DNA of 61,678 nucleotides, from the NCBI GenBank assembly GCA_021848625.1, contig JAJZUD010000003.1, positions 1 through 61,678 of the forward strand, in the 5' to 3' direction. Below are positions 9,331 to 19,087 of the stretch, in pieces. The translations under genes were made by a program, and so were the position numbers. The notes below the pieces were generated by a model that had not been told where the DNA came from, ran no database searches, and saw only the letters and a program-made list of their open reading frames with translations. Numbering within the stretch: the first letter of the stretch is position 1; each line of letters starts with the position of its first letter. The DNA is from Pseudomonadota bacterium. Its GTDB lineage: Bacteria > Pseudomonadota > Gammaproteobacteria > Francisellales > CACEW01.

Positions 9331-11178
9331 CTAAGTGGCTAAAGTTTCCCATTGGTCGATCAGGCATTGCAATTGGTGCTCGATTTGCGTCATTTCGTCA
9401 AAACGCACTTGTTGTGCATGGGGAGGCAGATTATAAAACTCTGGATCGGCAATGAGTTGGTGCAAATGAGCTTGCTCGGCTTCAAGCTTGGTAATTTCGG
9501 CCTCCAATGCTTTTTGTTGAAACTGCACTTTTTGGCTGGGCTTGGTTTGGATGGGGCTTGATTTTGGATGGGGCTTTTTCGAAAGAGGGGGAGCAACCAT
9601 GCTGGGGCGCCGCTGTGTCAACCAATCATCATAACCACCGACATATTCATAAACGCGACCTTCGCCCTCAAAAGCGATCGTGCTTGTTACCACACGATTT
9701 AAAAATTCTCGATCATGACTGACCACAATGAGCGTTCCTTGATAATCAGTTAGAAGTTCTTCAAGAAGGTCCAAGGTCTCCATGTCCAAATCATTGGTAG
9801 GCTCATCCATAATTAGCATATTACTTGGTTTGGCAAAGAGTTTAGCCAGTAAAAGACGATTACGCTCTCCCCCAGAGAGCACTTTGACCGGGCCTCGTGC
9901 ACGATCTGGGGTAAAGAGAAAGTCTTGCAGATAGCTGATGATATGCTTTTTTTCGCCATTGATTTCGATCGTAGTTGAGCCTTCCATTACATTATCCGCA
10001 ACGGATTGTATGGGATTAAGGCTTTCACGAAGTTGATCAAAATAGGCAATATTCAACTGGGTCCCTAAGCGCACTGAACCGGAATCTGGCTTGAGCTGGC
10101 CTAGGAGCAATTTTAGCAAAGTGCTTTTGCCACAGCCATTAGGGCCGAGGATGCCGATCTTATCCCCACGTTCAATCACAATGGAAAAGTCTTCGATTAA
10201 AGGACGATTTTGAAAGCGATAAGAGAGATGTTGTGCCTCGAGAACCAATTGGCCAGAGCGCTCAGCCATTGCAACAGCTAATTGTACTTGGCCAATTTGT
10301 TCGCGACGCTGTTTGCGTTCAGCACGGAGACGTTCTAGTGCCCTAACGCGTCCCTCATTACGTGTTCGGCGAGCTTTAATTCCTTGGCGAATCCATACTT
10401 CTTCAGCTGCCAATTTTTTATCAAACAAAGCATTATGTTTGGCTTCAGTTTCCAAGAGTGCGGCTTTGCGTGCGAGGTAAGTGGGATAATCCCCTGGAAA
10501 AGAAGTAAGCTGGCCGCGGTCGAGTTCAATAATGCGTGTGGCCAATTTTTGTAAAAGCGCGCGGTCATGGGTAATAAATAACAGGGCAGCAGGATAGTTT
10601 AATAAAAATTTTTCCAGCCATACAATAGACTCGATGTCGAGATGATTGGTCGGTTCATCAAGTAAAAGTAGGTCAGGATCTTGTACCAAAGCTCGTCCCA
10701 GTAGGACACGGCGTTTCATGCCACCAGAGAGCGAAATGAAGTCAACATCACTTTGCAAATCCAAAGTCGATAAGACTTTGTCGATTTTAGCTTGAAGAGA
10801 CCAGTCAACGTGTAAATTCTCAAGTTGAGTTTGCTCTTTCGGTGTGAGTGTTTCAAAACAGGTGCTTAAAGAAAGATAATCTGCCAGGTTTTGACCCGCT
10901 TGTCCCAGTCCTCCAGCAATCACGCTAAAAATGGTACCCTGCATGTCACGTGGAACTTCTTGTTCAAGGCGTGCGATATGTAAATTGTTTTGATAGAGCA
11001 CTTCGCCATTGTCAAACGGAACTTCGCGCTGAATCAGCTTCATCAGGGTGGATTTACCCATCCCATTCCGTCCAATGAGTGCAATGCGCTCTCTTGGTTC
11101 AATACTCAGATTCACCTGATCCAAGAGCAGAGAGGTACCCTGATGCAGCGAGACTTCACGGAGAGTGACGAGGGCCAC
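9331..11178 (-). CDS. uup: ABC-F family ATPase Uup
   Basis: Two ABC domains (GRNGMGKST, GPNGCGKST; LSGG; DEPTNHLD/DEPTNDLD), linker WIRQGIKARRTRNEGRVRAL, C-terminal coiled coil. GTG start. Confidence 0.93.
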   Translation of the reverse strand: MALVTLREVSLHQGTSLLLDQVNLSIEPRERIALIGRNGMGKSTLMKLIQREVPFDNGEVLYQNNLHIARLEQEVPRDMQGTIFSVIAGGLGQAGQNLADYLSLSTCFETLTPKEQTQLENLHVDWSLQAKIDKVLSTLDLQSDVDFISLSGGMKRRVLLGRALVQDPDLLLLDEPTNHLDIESIVWLEKFLLNYPAALLFITHDRALLQKLATRIIELDRGQLTSFPGDYPTYLARKAALLETEAKHNALFDKKLAAEEVWIRQGIKARRTRNEGRVRALERLRAERKQRREQIGQVQLAVAMAERSGQLVLEAQHLSYRFQNRPLIEDFSIVIERGDKIGILGPNGCGKSTLLKLLLGQLKPDSGSVRLGTQLNIAYFDQLRESLNPIQSVADNVMEGSTTIEINGEKKHIISYLQDFLFTPDRARGPVKVLSGGERNRLLLAKLFAKPSNMLIMDEPTNDLDMETLDLLEELLTDYQGTLIVVSHDREFLNRVVTSTIAFEGEGRVYEYVGGYDDWLTQRRPSMVAPPLSKKPHPKSSPIQTKPSQKVQFQQKALEAEITKLEAEQAHLHQLIADPEFYNLPPHAQQVRFDEMTQIEHQLQCLIDQWETLAT

Positions 11179-14100
11179 TTAAACGTGGTCCTCATTGATA
11201 TCGCTATCCTCTTCGCCTGCAATTTTGTGGTGAGTCCGTGCAATGTAAGAATACATTGTGGGCACCACAAACAGGGTAAAGCAAGTTCCAATCGTCATCC
11301 CTGAGGCAATCACAAGTCCAATATCAAAGCGGCTGACTGCGCCTGCCCCTGTGGACATAATTAGAGGAACTACACCAAAAACCATGGCAAAAGTCGTCAT
11401 CAAAATAGGCCGTAGGCGAATACTAGCCGATTCAATAATGGCTTCCAAGCGCTCTTTGCCCCCTTCTTGCAATTTATTAGCAAATTCCACCATCAAAATA
11501 CCATGTTTACTGATCAGGCCAATCAAAGTAATCAAGCCGACTTCGGTATAAATATTCATAGTCGCGGCTCCAAGATAGAGGGGGATCAGGGCACCACAAA
11601 TTGACATTGGGACACTCACCAATACGATAAACGGATCGCGGAAACTCTCAAACTGCGCAGCCAAAACCAAGTAAATGATGATCAGCGCCAAGACGAAAGC
11701 GTAGAGCATACTATTGCCTTCTTGAATAAATTGGCGAGATTGTCCAGCGTAGTTGACGTTCATTTCACGCGGGAGTACTGTTTTCGCTGCATTAGAGAGG
11801 AAGTTTAGGCCTTGACCTACAGTGACTCCTGGCATTAACATCCCTTGAATGGTGACTTCGTTGAGCTGGTTGAACTGACCCAACGCCGAAGGTTGGACAC
11901 TACTAGTGTAGGTAACAAAGGTGGATAGGGGCAGCATTTGATTATCCGTCCCTTTAACATAGAACTGATCGAGTTGGAGGGGATTTTGACGTAGGCTGTC
12001 ATAAACCTGAGGAATGACCTGGTACGAGTACCCTCCTAGGTTAAACCAGTTGGCGTAGTTATCACTGAGCATGGCGCTTAACACATTAGCGATATCATCC
12101 ATGTTTACACCCAGCAAGGCGGCCTTATCGCGGTCAATATGAATATCCAATTCAGGCTGATCAAATAGGACGTCTGTATTCATGAAAAGGAACATTCCAC
12201 TCGCATAGCCCTGATTAATGAGTTGATTGACATAGTTGTAAATCACGGATTGTGGCTGAGTGGAGGTGACAACAAATAAGATAGGCGTACCTTGTACACC
12301 AGGCAGCGGTGGGTTCAGCGCTGAGTAGAGCTGGATGCCAGGTACTGCAGCTAATTGCTGTTGCAAGATAGGCAAAATTTGCATTGTGGTTTGACTCCGG
12401 TCTCCCCACGGTTTATAAATCACCCCCGCCAAAATGTTGTTATCCTGAGGATAACCGTTCACCAAGAAGCTATCTTGCATGCCATTGCTTGCGGCCATGA
12501 TTTGGTTGATTTGCTGGCTGAAATCAGTTAGATAGTTGAGGTTTGATGCAGTAGGTGCATTCCCTAAAACCATGATATAGCCTTGATCTTCAAAAGGAGC
12601 CAGCTCCTGCTTGGTTTCCAAAAAGAGAAAAGCACAACTAGATAAAATCACCGCAGCCATCAGCAAAACGACAGGGCGATAATTTAAAACAGCAACCAAA
12701 CGTCTGCGATAGGCTTCACGTACTTTCTCAAAGATACGGTCAATTTTCTTAACAAAGTGTGATTCTAACACCTGATGATTGACGATTTTCGAGCACAGCA
12801 TGGGTGAGAGTGTGAGGGCAATGATCCCGGACAAAATCACCGCGCCAGCCAGTGTGAAAGCGAACTCTTTAAAGAGGGAGCCGGTAATGCCCCCTAAAAA
12901 GCCGATGGGTGCGTAGACGGCAGTCAATGTTGTGGTCATGACGATGACTGGATTTGCAATTTCTCGCGCCCCCGCTAGGGCTGCGTCAAACGGAGTTTGG
13001 CCGTCCTCAATATGACGATAAATATTTTCCAAAACGACAATGGCATCATCCACAACCAAACCAATTGCTAAAACCATGGCCAATAAAGTGAGCAGATTGA
13101 GCGAAAACCCTAAGGCCAACATGACAAAACAAACCCCAATTAAGGCAAGAGGAATGGTCAAAACAGGAATTAAGACAGAGCGCAAAGCACCTAGAAATAA
13201 GAAAATGACGGCAACAACGATGAGCGTTGCCTCTAAAATAGTGCTGATTACCTCATTGATCGAAGATTGAATGTACTCGGTGCTGTTATAAACATCATCA
13301 ATTTCCAAGCCAGGAGGCGCAGAAAGCCGAATATTCGGTAGGGCATTGGTGATCGCATCGATGACGGTCAGTGGGTTGGCTCCATCGGCTACAAACAAGC
13401 CTGCAAATACGGAGGGCTTGCCATTATAGTAAACGGAGGAGTTATAACTTTGAGCGCCTAATTCTGCATGGCCAATGTCTTTAATGCGGATTAAATTGCC
13501 GCCTTGATTAGCGATGACCATATTGTTGAATTGATCAGCAAGATGGAGGTCTGTATCAGCTTGAATTTGGACATAGAGATAATCTGATTTGAGTTCCCCG
13601 GCAGCGGCTTGCACATTATTGGCGCGGAGCATATTGAATACTTCATCCGCGGTAATGCCCAATTTAGCCATTTTGTAGGAGTCTAGCCAGATCCGCATGG
13701 CATATTGCTGTTGTCCAAAAATAACCACGTCAGAAATGCCCCCCAAGGCATCAATTTTGGGCGTAAAGACATTGGCGACGTAAGCTGAAATCTGCTGTTC
13801 TGACAAAGATGTACTGTTAAAACTCATAATCAAATCAGGGAAGGTGTTACCTGTGGACTTCACAATCACCGGTGATTGTGCATCTTTGGGGAGTTGGTTG
13901 AGCACCGCGTCGACTTTCCCTGTAATGTCCGTCATGGCTGTGTTAGGGTCGTAGTTCAAAATAATATGCGCGGTAATCGTGCTTTGACCCATGGCACTTT
14001 GTTCAGTCATATAGTCAATCCCACTCGCACTACCAATGGAAGCAGCAAGAGGGGTGGTGATAAAGCCTTGAATATTTGCCGCACTAGACCCTGGATAGGC

Positions 14101-14253
14101 GGTCGTGACCGTAATGGTGGTATTGGTCATCGTCGGATATTCTTGCAAAGGCAAGAGAAAGATAGAGCTGAGGCCCATCAGCAAAAGCAGGAGACTGACC
14201 ACACTAGCCAGCACTGGGCGTCGTATAAAAATATCCGTAAATCTAGCTTTCAT
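11179..14253 (-). CDS. RND efflux permease (HAE1/AcrB-like)
   Basis: 1024 aa; FIRRPVLASV start, GLVVDDAIVVLENI proton-relay motif, RLRPILMTT. Confidence 0.96.
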   Translation of the reverse strand: MKARFTDIFIRRPVLASVVSLLLLLMGLSSIFLLPLQEYPTMTNTTITVTTAYPGSSAANIQGFITTPLAASIGSASGIDYMTEQSAMGQSTITAHIILNYDPNTAMTDITGKVDAVLNQLPKDAQSPVIVKSTGNTFPDLIMSFNSTSLSEQQISAYVANVFTPKIDALGGISDVVIFGQQQYAMRIWLDSYKMAKLGITADEVFNMLRANNVQAAAGELKSDYLYVQIQADTDLHLADQFNNMVIANQGGNLIRIKDIGHAELGAQSYNSSVYYNGKPSVFAGLFVADGANPLTVIDAITNALPNIRLSAPPGLEIDDVYNSTEYIQSSINEVISTILEATLIVVAVIFLFLGALRSVLIPVLTIPLALIGVCFVMLALGFSLNLLTLLAMVLAIGLVVDDAIVVLENIYRHIEDGQTPFDAALAGAREIANPVIVMTTTLTAVYAPIGFLGGITGSLFKEFAFTLAGAVILSGIIALTLSPMLCSKIVNHQVLESHFVKKIDRIFEKVREAYRRRLVAVLNYRPVVLLMAAVILSSCAFLFLETKQELAPFEDQGYIMVLGNAPTASNLNYLTDFSQQINQIMAASNGMQDSFLVNGYPQDNNILAGVIYKPWGDRSQTTMQILPILQQQLAAVPGIQLYSALNPPLPGVQGTPILFVVTSTQPQSVIYNYVNQLINQGYASGMFLFMNTDVLFDQPELDIHIDRDKAALLGVNMDDIANVLSAMLSDNYANWFNLGGYSYQVIPQVYDSLRQNPLQLDQFYVKGTDNQMLPLSTFVTYTSSVQPSALGQFNQLNEVTIQGMLMPGVTVGQGLNFLSNAAKTVLPREMNVNYAGQSRQFIQEGNSMLYAFVLALIIIYLVLAAQFESFRDPFIVLVSVPMSICGALIPLYLGAATMNIYTEVGLITLIGLISKHGILMVEFANKLQEGGKERLEAIIESASIRLRPILMTTFAMVFGVVPLIMSTGAGAVSRFDIGLVIASGMTIGTCFTLFVVPTMYSYIARTHHKIAGEEDSDINEDHV

Positions 14254-14265
14254 CTGTGTTTAACC

Positions 14266-15369
14266 CTATGATTGAGTCGCGGTATTGATAATCTTAATCA
14301 TGCTGCCATTTTGGAGTTTGACCAATCCATCCACAATCACCTGATCTCCTGGATTGAGGCCGCTGGTGATTTGAACCAGATTACCCTCTTGTTGGCCCGG
14401 GTTCACTGCAATTTGATCTGCGATCAAATCGGGCTTGCCATTCTTGTCTTTGGATGGTTTTACGATAAAGACGGTATTGCCATACAAGCTGTAGTTGATC
14501 GCTTGTTGAGGAATTGCAATCACATTGGATTGAGCAGGCATAATGACGCTGACATTGGTCTGCATGCCCGGTAACATCAGGGCTTTTGGATTGCGGTTTG
14601 GAACCGTCGCCTGTACAGTGATTGCCTTAGTATCATTTGCAACTTGGGCGTCAAAGGCGCTGATTTTCCCTTTGAAAGTGATGCCTGGAAAACTATCGAT
14701 GGTAATATCCACAGGTTGACCAACTGAAAGCATGGTGAGGTATTGTTCAGGCACCTGGAAATTCACATACATGGGGTTGATACTTTGGATGTTTGTCACC
14801 ATCGTGCCTGCATTGAGGTATTGACCAATACTGACATCACGGATCCCCACTCGACCTGCGAAAGGAGCAACGACATATTTTTGTTCCAAAGAAGCTTCTT
14901 GTTGATGGAGACTGGCATTAGCCTGGCCATAATTAGAAGCCGCTTGGTCTAGGTCCTGAGCTGAGACGACACCTTGATGAAACAGTACTTTATAGCGCTC
15001 GTAGGTTTGTTTGTCATAATCATTCAGGGCGCGCGCGTTATTGACCTGAGCAGTTAAAACATCCGTGTCAAGAATGACGAGCACTTGATTTTTTTTCACC
15101 AATTGCCCAGAGCTAAAAAGCACCTTGGTCACCATGCCTGAAACAATGGGGCTGACTGATGTGCCTTCAACCGCCTGTACATCGCCCACCGTATCGTAGG
15201 TCGGGTTCCAAGTAATCGGACCGATGGTCAAAGTGTTAACCGTGGTGGCAGGGGGCTGGTATGTTTTGAGGTAGCGAGCCATTAAATATTCAGAAATAAA
15301 ATGCCAAGAAACCAAACCACCGAAGACAATAAACAGGATAATACCCACAATAATGAAGCGCTTTTTCAT
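14266..15369 (-). CDS. RND periplasmic adaptor (membrane fusion protein)
   Basis: N-terminal TM, lipoyl-like halves (VSGMVTKV...GQLVKK; VVAPFAGRVG), GLNPGDQVIVDG; directly upstream of the RND permease. Confidence 0.95.
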   Translation of the reverse strand: MKKRFIIVGIILFIVFGGLVSWHFISEYLMARYLKTYQPPATTVNTLTIGPITWNPTYDTVGDVQAVEGTSVSPIVSGMVTKVLFSSGQLVKKNQVLVILDTDVLTAQVNNARALNDYDKQTYERYKVLFHQGVVSAQDLDQAASNYGQANASLHQQEASLEQKYVVAPFAGRVGIRDVSIGQYLNAGTMVTNIQSINPMYVNFQVPEQYLTMLSVGQPVDITIDSFPGITFKGKISAFDAQVANDTKAITVQATVPNRNPKALMLPGMQTNVSVIMPAQSNVIAIPQQAINYSLYGNTVFIVKPSKDKNGKPDLIADQIAVNPGQQEGNLVQITSGLNPGDQVIVDGLVKLQNGSMIKIINTATQS

Positions 15370-15448
15370 AGAGTTTTTTTAGTTTAAAGCCAAATAGTGC
15401 TTCATTCTAACTGATATCCATGCCCTTGACTAGTCCCTGTAAGCAAAA

Positions 15449-16480
15449 TTAGCGTTTACGCTCAAAAAGCATATGACTTTTAGTAAGTTCGCCGCGGTTA
15501 GTTTGAGCTGCCATAAGCGACAGTTCGCCGCAGAGCACGGTCGCAGCGATGATTTCGGCCAGACGCTGACTGCTTTTTCCTGGCAGTGCTGAATTAGGAA
15601 GGCAGCCTAGCGTTTTTAGATGTTCAAGAATTTCAGGATGATGTTTGCCATTGCCGACGGTGCCCACAATAATATTAGGCAAGTTCACTGAAAAATATAA
15701 ATCGCCTGCCTTTGTGACTTCAGCCGTAGTAATGCCTTGAGAGCCCTCGACAATATTGGCGGCATCTTGTCCGGTGGCTAAATAGGCGGCAAGAAGTACA
15801 TTGGCATAATGGGCGTTGGCTGAACGAACTCCTCCAGAAAGAATTCCCCCCATGAGGTTTTTATGGAGATTGAGATCACGAACGAGTTCAGGGGTAGTGC
15901 GTAGATACTTGGCACACAGTGTACGCGGAATGGTGAGTTCAGCGATGACATGTTTGCCACGTCCTAAAATGCCATTGATGCTGGAGACTTTTTTGTCAAC
16001 GCATAAATTAGCTGAAATAGAACCATATTGTAATTCTGGAAAGTGCTCCAATAAGCAGGCAATGATGGCATCAGCCGCTTTCGTGCTCATATTGTGTCCT
16101 GAAGCATCTCCGGTGAAAAAACTTAAGCGTAAATAAAGCTGTGTGCCAACAATTTCAGTATGTAGATCTTGCAAGCGTGCAAAAGAGCTGGTTTGGCAAG
16201 TTGACTCTTCAAGCCAATGACGATTTTGCTGAATCAACTGAGAAATCTCATGGGCGCGCTGTGCCGAAGGAGTGCAAAAATAAACCGAACGGGTCATGCA
16301 GTTTTTGAGGGTGGTGACGTCAATACCGCCACAGAGTTGACTTATTTTGCTGCCGCGCTGGGTGGAGGGCCATAAAGTGGTTTCGTAGGTTGCAAGAGGA
16401 ACGCTTAAATTTGACGCTTGCCATTCTGAGGTCTTAACGAAAAGGGGGCCAATGCAGCGAGTCGGAATTGGGGTGTACAT
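15449..16480 (-). CDS. HMG-CoA reductase (class I-type catalytic domain, mevalonate pathway)
   Basis: VPLATYE, TGDASGHNM, NIVEGSQG, VGTVGNG, GELSLMAA and C-terminal catalytic His (SHM). Confidence 0.92.
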   Translation of the reverse strand: MYTPIPTRCIGPLFVKTSEWQASNLSVPLATYETTLWPSTQRGSKISQLCGGIDVTTLKNCMTRSVYFCTPSAQRAHEISQLIQQNRHWLEESTCQTSSFARLQDLHTEIVGTQLYLRLSFFTGDASGHNMSTKAADAIIACLLEHFPELQYGSISANLCVDKKVSSINGILGRGKHVIAELTIPRTLCAKYLRTTPELVRDLNLHKNLMGGILSGGVRSANAHYANVLLAAYLATGQDAANIVEGSQGITTAEVTKAGDLYFSVNLPNIIVGTVGNGKHHPEILEHLKTLGCLPNSALPGKSSQRLAEIIAATVLCGELSLMAAQTNRGELTKSHMLFERKR

Positions 16481-16556
16481 AAAAGTATCTCTTGCAGTTT
16501 AGATCGTAGATATTGTAGCATGTTATGCAGTTCCACAAAAACAAAAAACACAATTT

Positions 16557-17228
16557 ATGAATCTACCTAGTCTTGCGGACTTTATCAGCGCCATCCCCAT
16601 TGCCTTTGGAGCCTTTTTTCCGCCACTTAATCCTTTGGGCTCTGCTTTTATTTTTCTTGGGATGACCCATCATCTTTCCGTGTCCACTCGAAAGAGGCTG
16701 GCACGTAAGATTGCTTTTAATTCGTTTTTGCTTTTGACCGTTGTCTTGTGGATTGGGGAGTGGGTGTTGCGTTTTTTTGGGGTGGGCATTCCTGTAGTGC
16801 AAGTGGCTGGGGGGTTGGTGCTAGGTAGTATTGGCTGGAGCATGATGTCACAATCAACTGAAACCACGTCTGTACATGAAAAATCAATCCGTACGGATGA
16901 GGAAGCCGATGCAAGTGCATTTTTTCCTTTAACCATGCCCTTGACTGCAGGGCCAGGGTGTATGGCGGTGTCTTTGACCATCGGTGCGCATGAGCGAGTT
17001 CCTTCTTTTGCGCTCACGGCTATCGGCAAAGTCGGTGCAATGATGGGGCTTTTGTTGGCTGTGGTTGCGGTTTATGTCTGTTATGCCTACGCCCATTTGA
17101 TTACCAAGAAATTAGGAACAAGTGGCAGCAATGTCATTATCAAGCTTTCAGCCTTTATTATCTTTTGTATTGGCCTGACCATTTTGTGGCATGGCTTGCA
17201 AGAGTTAGCGCCGCATGCGCTCAGCTAA
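16557..17228 (+). CDS. MarC family membrane protein
   Basis: LNPLGSAFIF, FFPLTMPLTAGPG, about 6 TMs. Confidence 0.9.
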   Translation: MNLPSLADFISAIPIAFGAFFPPLNPLGSAFIFLGMTHHLSVSTRKRLARKIAFNSFLLLTVVLWIGEWVLRFFGVGIPVVQVAGGLVLGSIGWSMMSQSTETTSVHEKSIRTDEEADASAFFPLTMPLTAGPGCMAVSLTIGAHERVPSFALTAIGKVGAMMGLLLAVVAVYVCYAYAHLITKKLGTSGSNVIIKLSAFIIFCIGLTILWHGLQELAPHALS

Positions 17229-17231
17229 ATT

Positions 17232-17954
17232 ATGTTGATTGTTGAATCCGCTTCTTTATCCTATGCGCAAAAATCTATTTTTAAAGACCTGAGTTTTCAG
17301 CTTGGCAAAGGGCAGTGGTTGGCCTTGTTGGGGCGCAGTGGGGTCGGTAAAACGAGCCTATTAAGATTGATCGCAGGACTGCCACGGCTGCGGCCTGAGG
17401 CGGACACAGAAGTAAAAGGTCGTGTTTTGTGGCAAGGAGGGCCGCTGCTGCAGGCTGCCTACATGGCACAGCAAGATGGGCTCTTTCCTTGGAAAACGGT
17501 TTTGGGAAATGTACTTTTGCCTTTTCAGTTGCGAGGTCATGATCTGCCCGTAGCGAAGGCAGAGGCTTTGCTGCTAGAAGTCGGTTTGAAAAAAGTGGCG
17601 GATGCTTACCCAGGCACGCTCTCTGGAGGCATGCGTCAGCGCGTGGCTTTGGTGCGTACCTTGTTGCAGGATGCGCCTGTAGTGTTGATGGATGAGCCCT
17701 TTTCTGCGCTCGATGCCATCACGCGTCTGGAGATGCAGGATTTAGCAATAAACTTATTACGCCAGGCTCAAAAAACAGTGGTCTTAGTGACGCATGACCC
17801 ATGGGAAGCATTGCGGATCGCTGATGAAATTAAAGTGCTTTCAGCGCCTCCCGTGCAGATCCAAACCTATCAGAAGCCCTCCAAAGCGCGATGGCTGCAA
17901 GCCTATGAAGATTTGTTGCAATTGTTAGGAAGTAGGCATGAAAAAAACGCTTGA
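17232..17954 (+). CDS. ABC transporter ATP-binding subunit (TauB/SsuB/ThiZ-like)
   Basis: GRSGVGKTS, LSGGMRQR, MDEPFSALD, VTHD. Confidence 0.92.
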   Translation: MLIVESASLSYAQKSIFKDLSFQLGKGQWLALLGRSGVGKTSLLRLIAGLPRLRPEADTEVKGRVLWQGGPLLQAAYMAQQDGLFPWKTVLGNVLLPFQLRGHDLPVAKAEALLLEVGLKKVADAYPGTLSGGMRQRVALVRTLLQDAPVVLMDEPFSALDAITRLEMQDLAINLLRQAQKTVVLVTHDPWEALRIADEIKVLSAPPVQIQTYQKPSKARWLQAYEDLLQLLGSRHEKNA

Positions 17955-18678
17955 AAGTTTTTTAGTTTTAATCGTGCTGGGCTGCTTCTGGTGGGTAGTG
18001 AGTAATCATACTGCAATTCCGGCTTATTTCTTGCCAACGCCTGCAGCCGTAATGAGTGCTTTAATTCAAAATCATGCCCTGTTGTGGACGGCATTTGCTG
18101 CGACTTTCGCTGAGGCCATTTTAGGTTTTTTGCTTGCCTTGATCTTGGCTTTGTTGCTGGGATTCATTGGTTATTTATGCCCCTGGTTTGGGCGATTGTT
18201 ACACCCTGTGGTCATTATTAGTCAGGCTTTGCCGATGTTGATTTTAGCGCCTTTGATTGTGTTGTGGTTAGGTTTTGGATGGAATGCAAAGCTAGTGGTG
18301 ATCGTTTTGAGCTTATTTTTTCCCATTTTAGCGAGTTTTATGATTGGGCTGAATCAAGTCAAACCGCTGTATTTAGATTTGGCTGTGACGATGGGGGCAC
18401 GGCGCTTACGCCTCTTTTTTTTGGTGGCCTTTCCTGCCAGTTTGCCTTATTTGGCGGCGGGATTACGTGTGGCCATTACCTGGTCAGTGCTTTCGGCCCT
18501 GATTGCAGAATGGGTGGGAGGGAGTGAAGGCCTTGGTTTTGTGATGCAAAATGCGTTGAGTCGTTTGGATGTAGCCCTCTTATTTGCTGCTTTGTTGATT
18601 CTAGTTGCAAGCACCTTGTTCTTATACGCGATGATGTCTTTGTTGCTTTCAAGTAAAAAATATTTTGACGGATCATAG
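17938..18678 (+). CDS. ABC transporter permease (TauC/SsuC/ThiX-like)
   Basis: LPTPAAV, SQALPMLILAPLIVLWLGFG, EAA-like loop, IAEWVGGSEGLG; overlaps the ATPase gene. Confidence 0.9.
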   Translation: MKKTLESFLVLIVLGCFWWVVSNHTAIPAYFLPTPAAVMSALIQNHALLWTAFAATFAEAILGFLLALILALLLGFIGYLCPWFGRLLHPVVIISQALPMLILAPLIVLWLGFGWNAKLVVIVLSLFFPILASFMIGLNQVKPLYLDLAVTMGARRLRLFFLVAFPASLPYLAAGLRVAITWSVLSALIAEWVGGSEGLGFVMQNALSRLDVALLFAALLILVASTLFLYAMMSLLLSSKKYFDGS

Positions 18679-18730
18679 AATTTCATCTAAACTGTATAAA
18701 TTAATAATTTTTATTTTAGTGAGGGGTTTC

Positions 18731-19084
18731 ATGCTGCGACATATCAAAGAAACAATCACTGTAGCTGCCGTGACCACTTGCGCAGGGGTCGTAATTGGAG
18801 GCATGATGGGCTGTTGCGCTAGTGAATGTGCAGAGGGTGTGGCAGAAGGAGCTTGGATAAGTGCAGTGGCAGGGGTTTGTTTGAAAATGGCTCATGAACT
18901 TTGTCAGTATGTGCGCCGTTGCCAGCAAAGGGCACCTGCTTTGCAGCCAGATAATCCCGTGCCTCAAGTGCTGCATAATCCTCTCCAGCCATTTTATCAT
19001 TACGGCGCAGTCCTTCCTGTCGCACAGCCGGTTCTAGGCGTTCCAGAAGATCGAATTATTAATGCAGTGGTCGTTGGCCTCTAG
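18731..19084 (+). CDS. Hypothetical small membrane protein (Cys/Gly-rich hydrophobic hairpin, Pro/Gln-rich tail)
   Basis: ATG 18731 preceded by GAGGGG; fills the gap between the permease and the convergent parE. No family recognised. Confidence 0.55.
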   Translation: MLRHIKETITVAAVTTCAGVVIGGMMGCCASECAEGVAEGAWISAVAGVCLKMAHELCQYVRRCQQRAPALQPDNPVPQVLHNPLQPFYHYGAVLPVAQPVLGVPEDRIINAVVVGL

Positions 19085-19087
19085 TCA

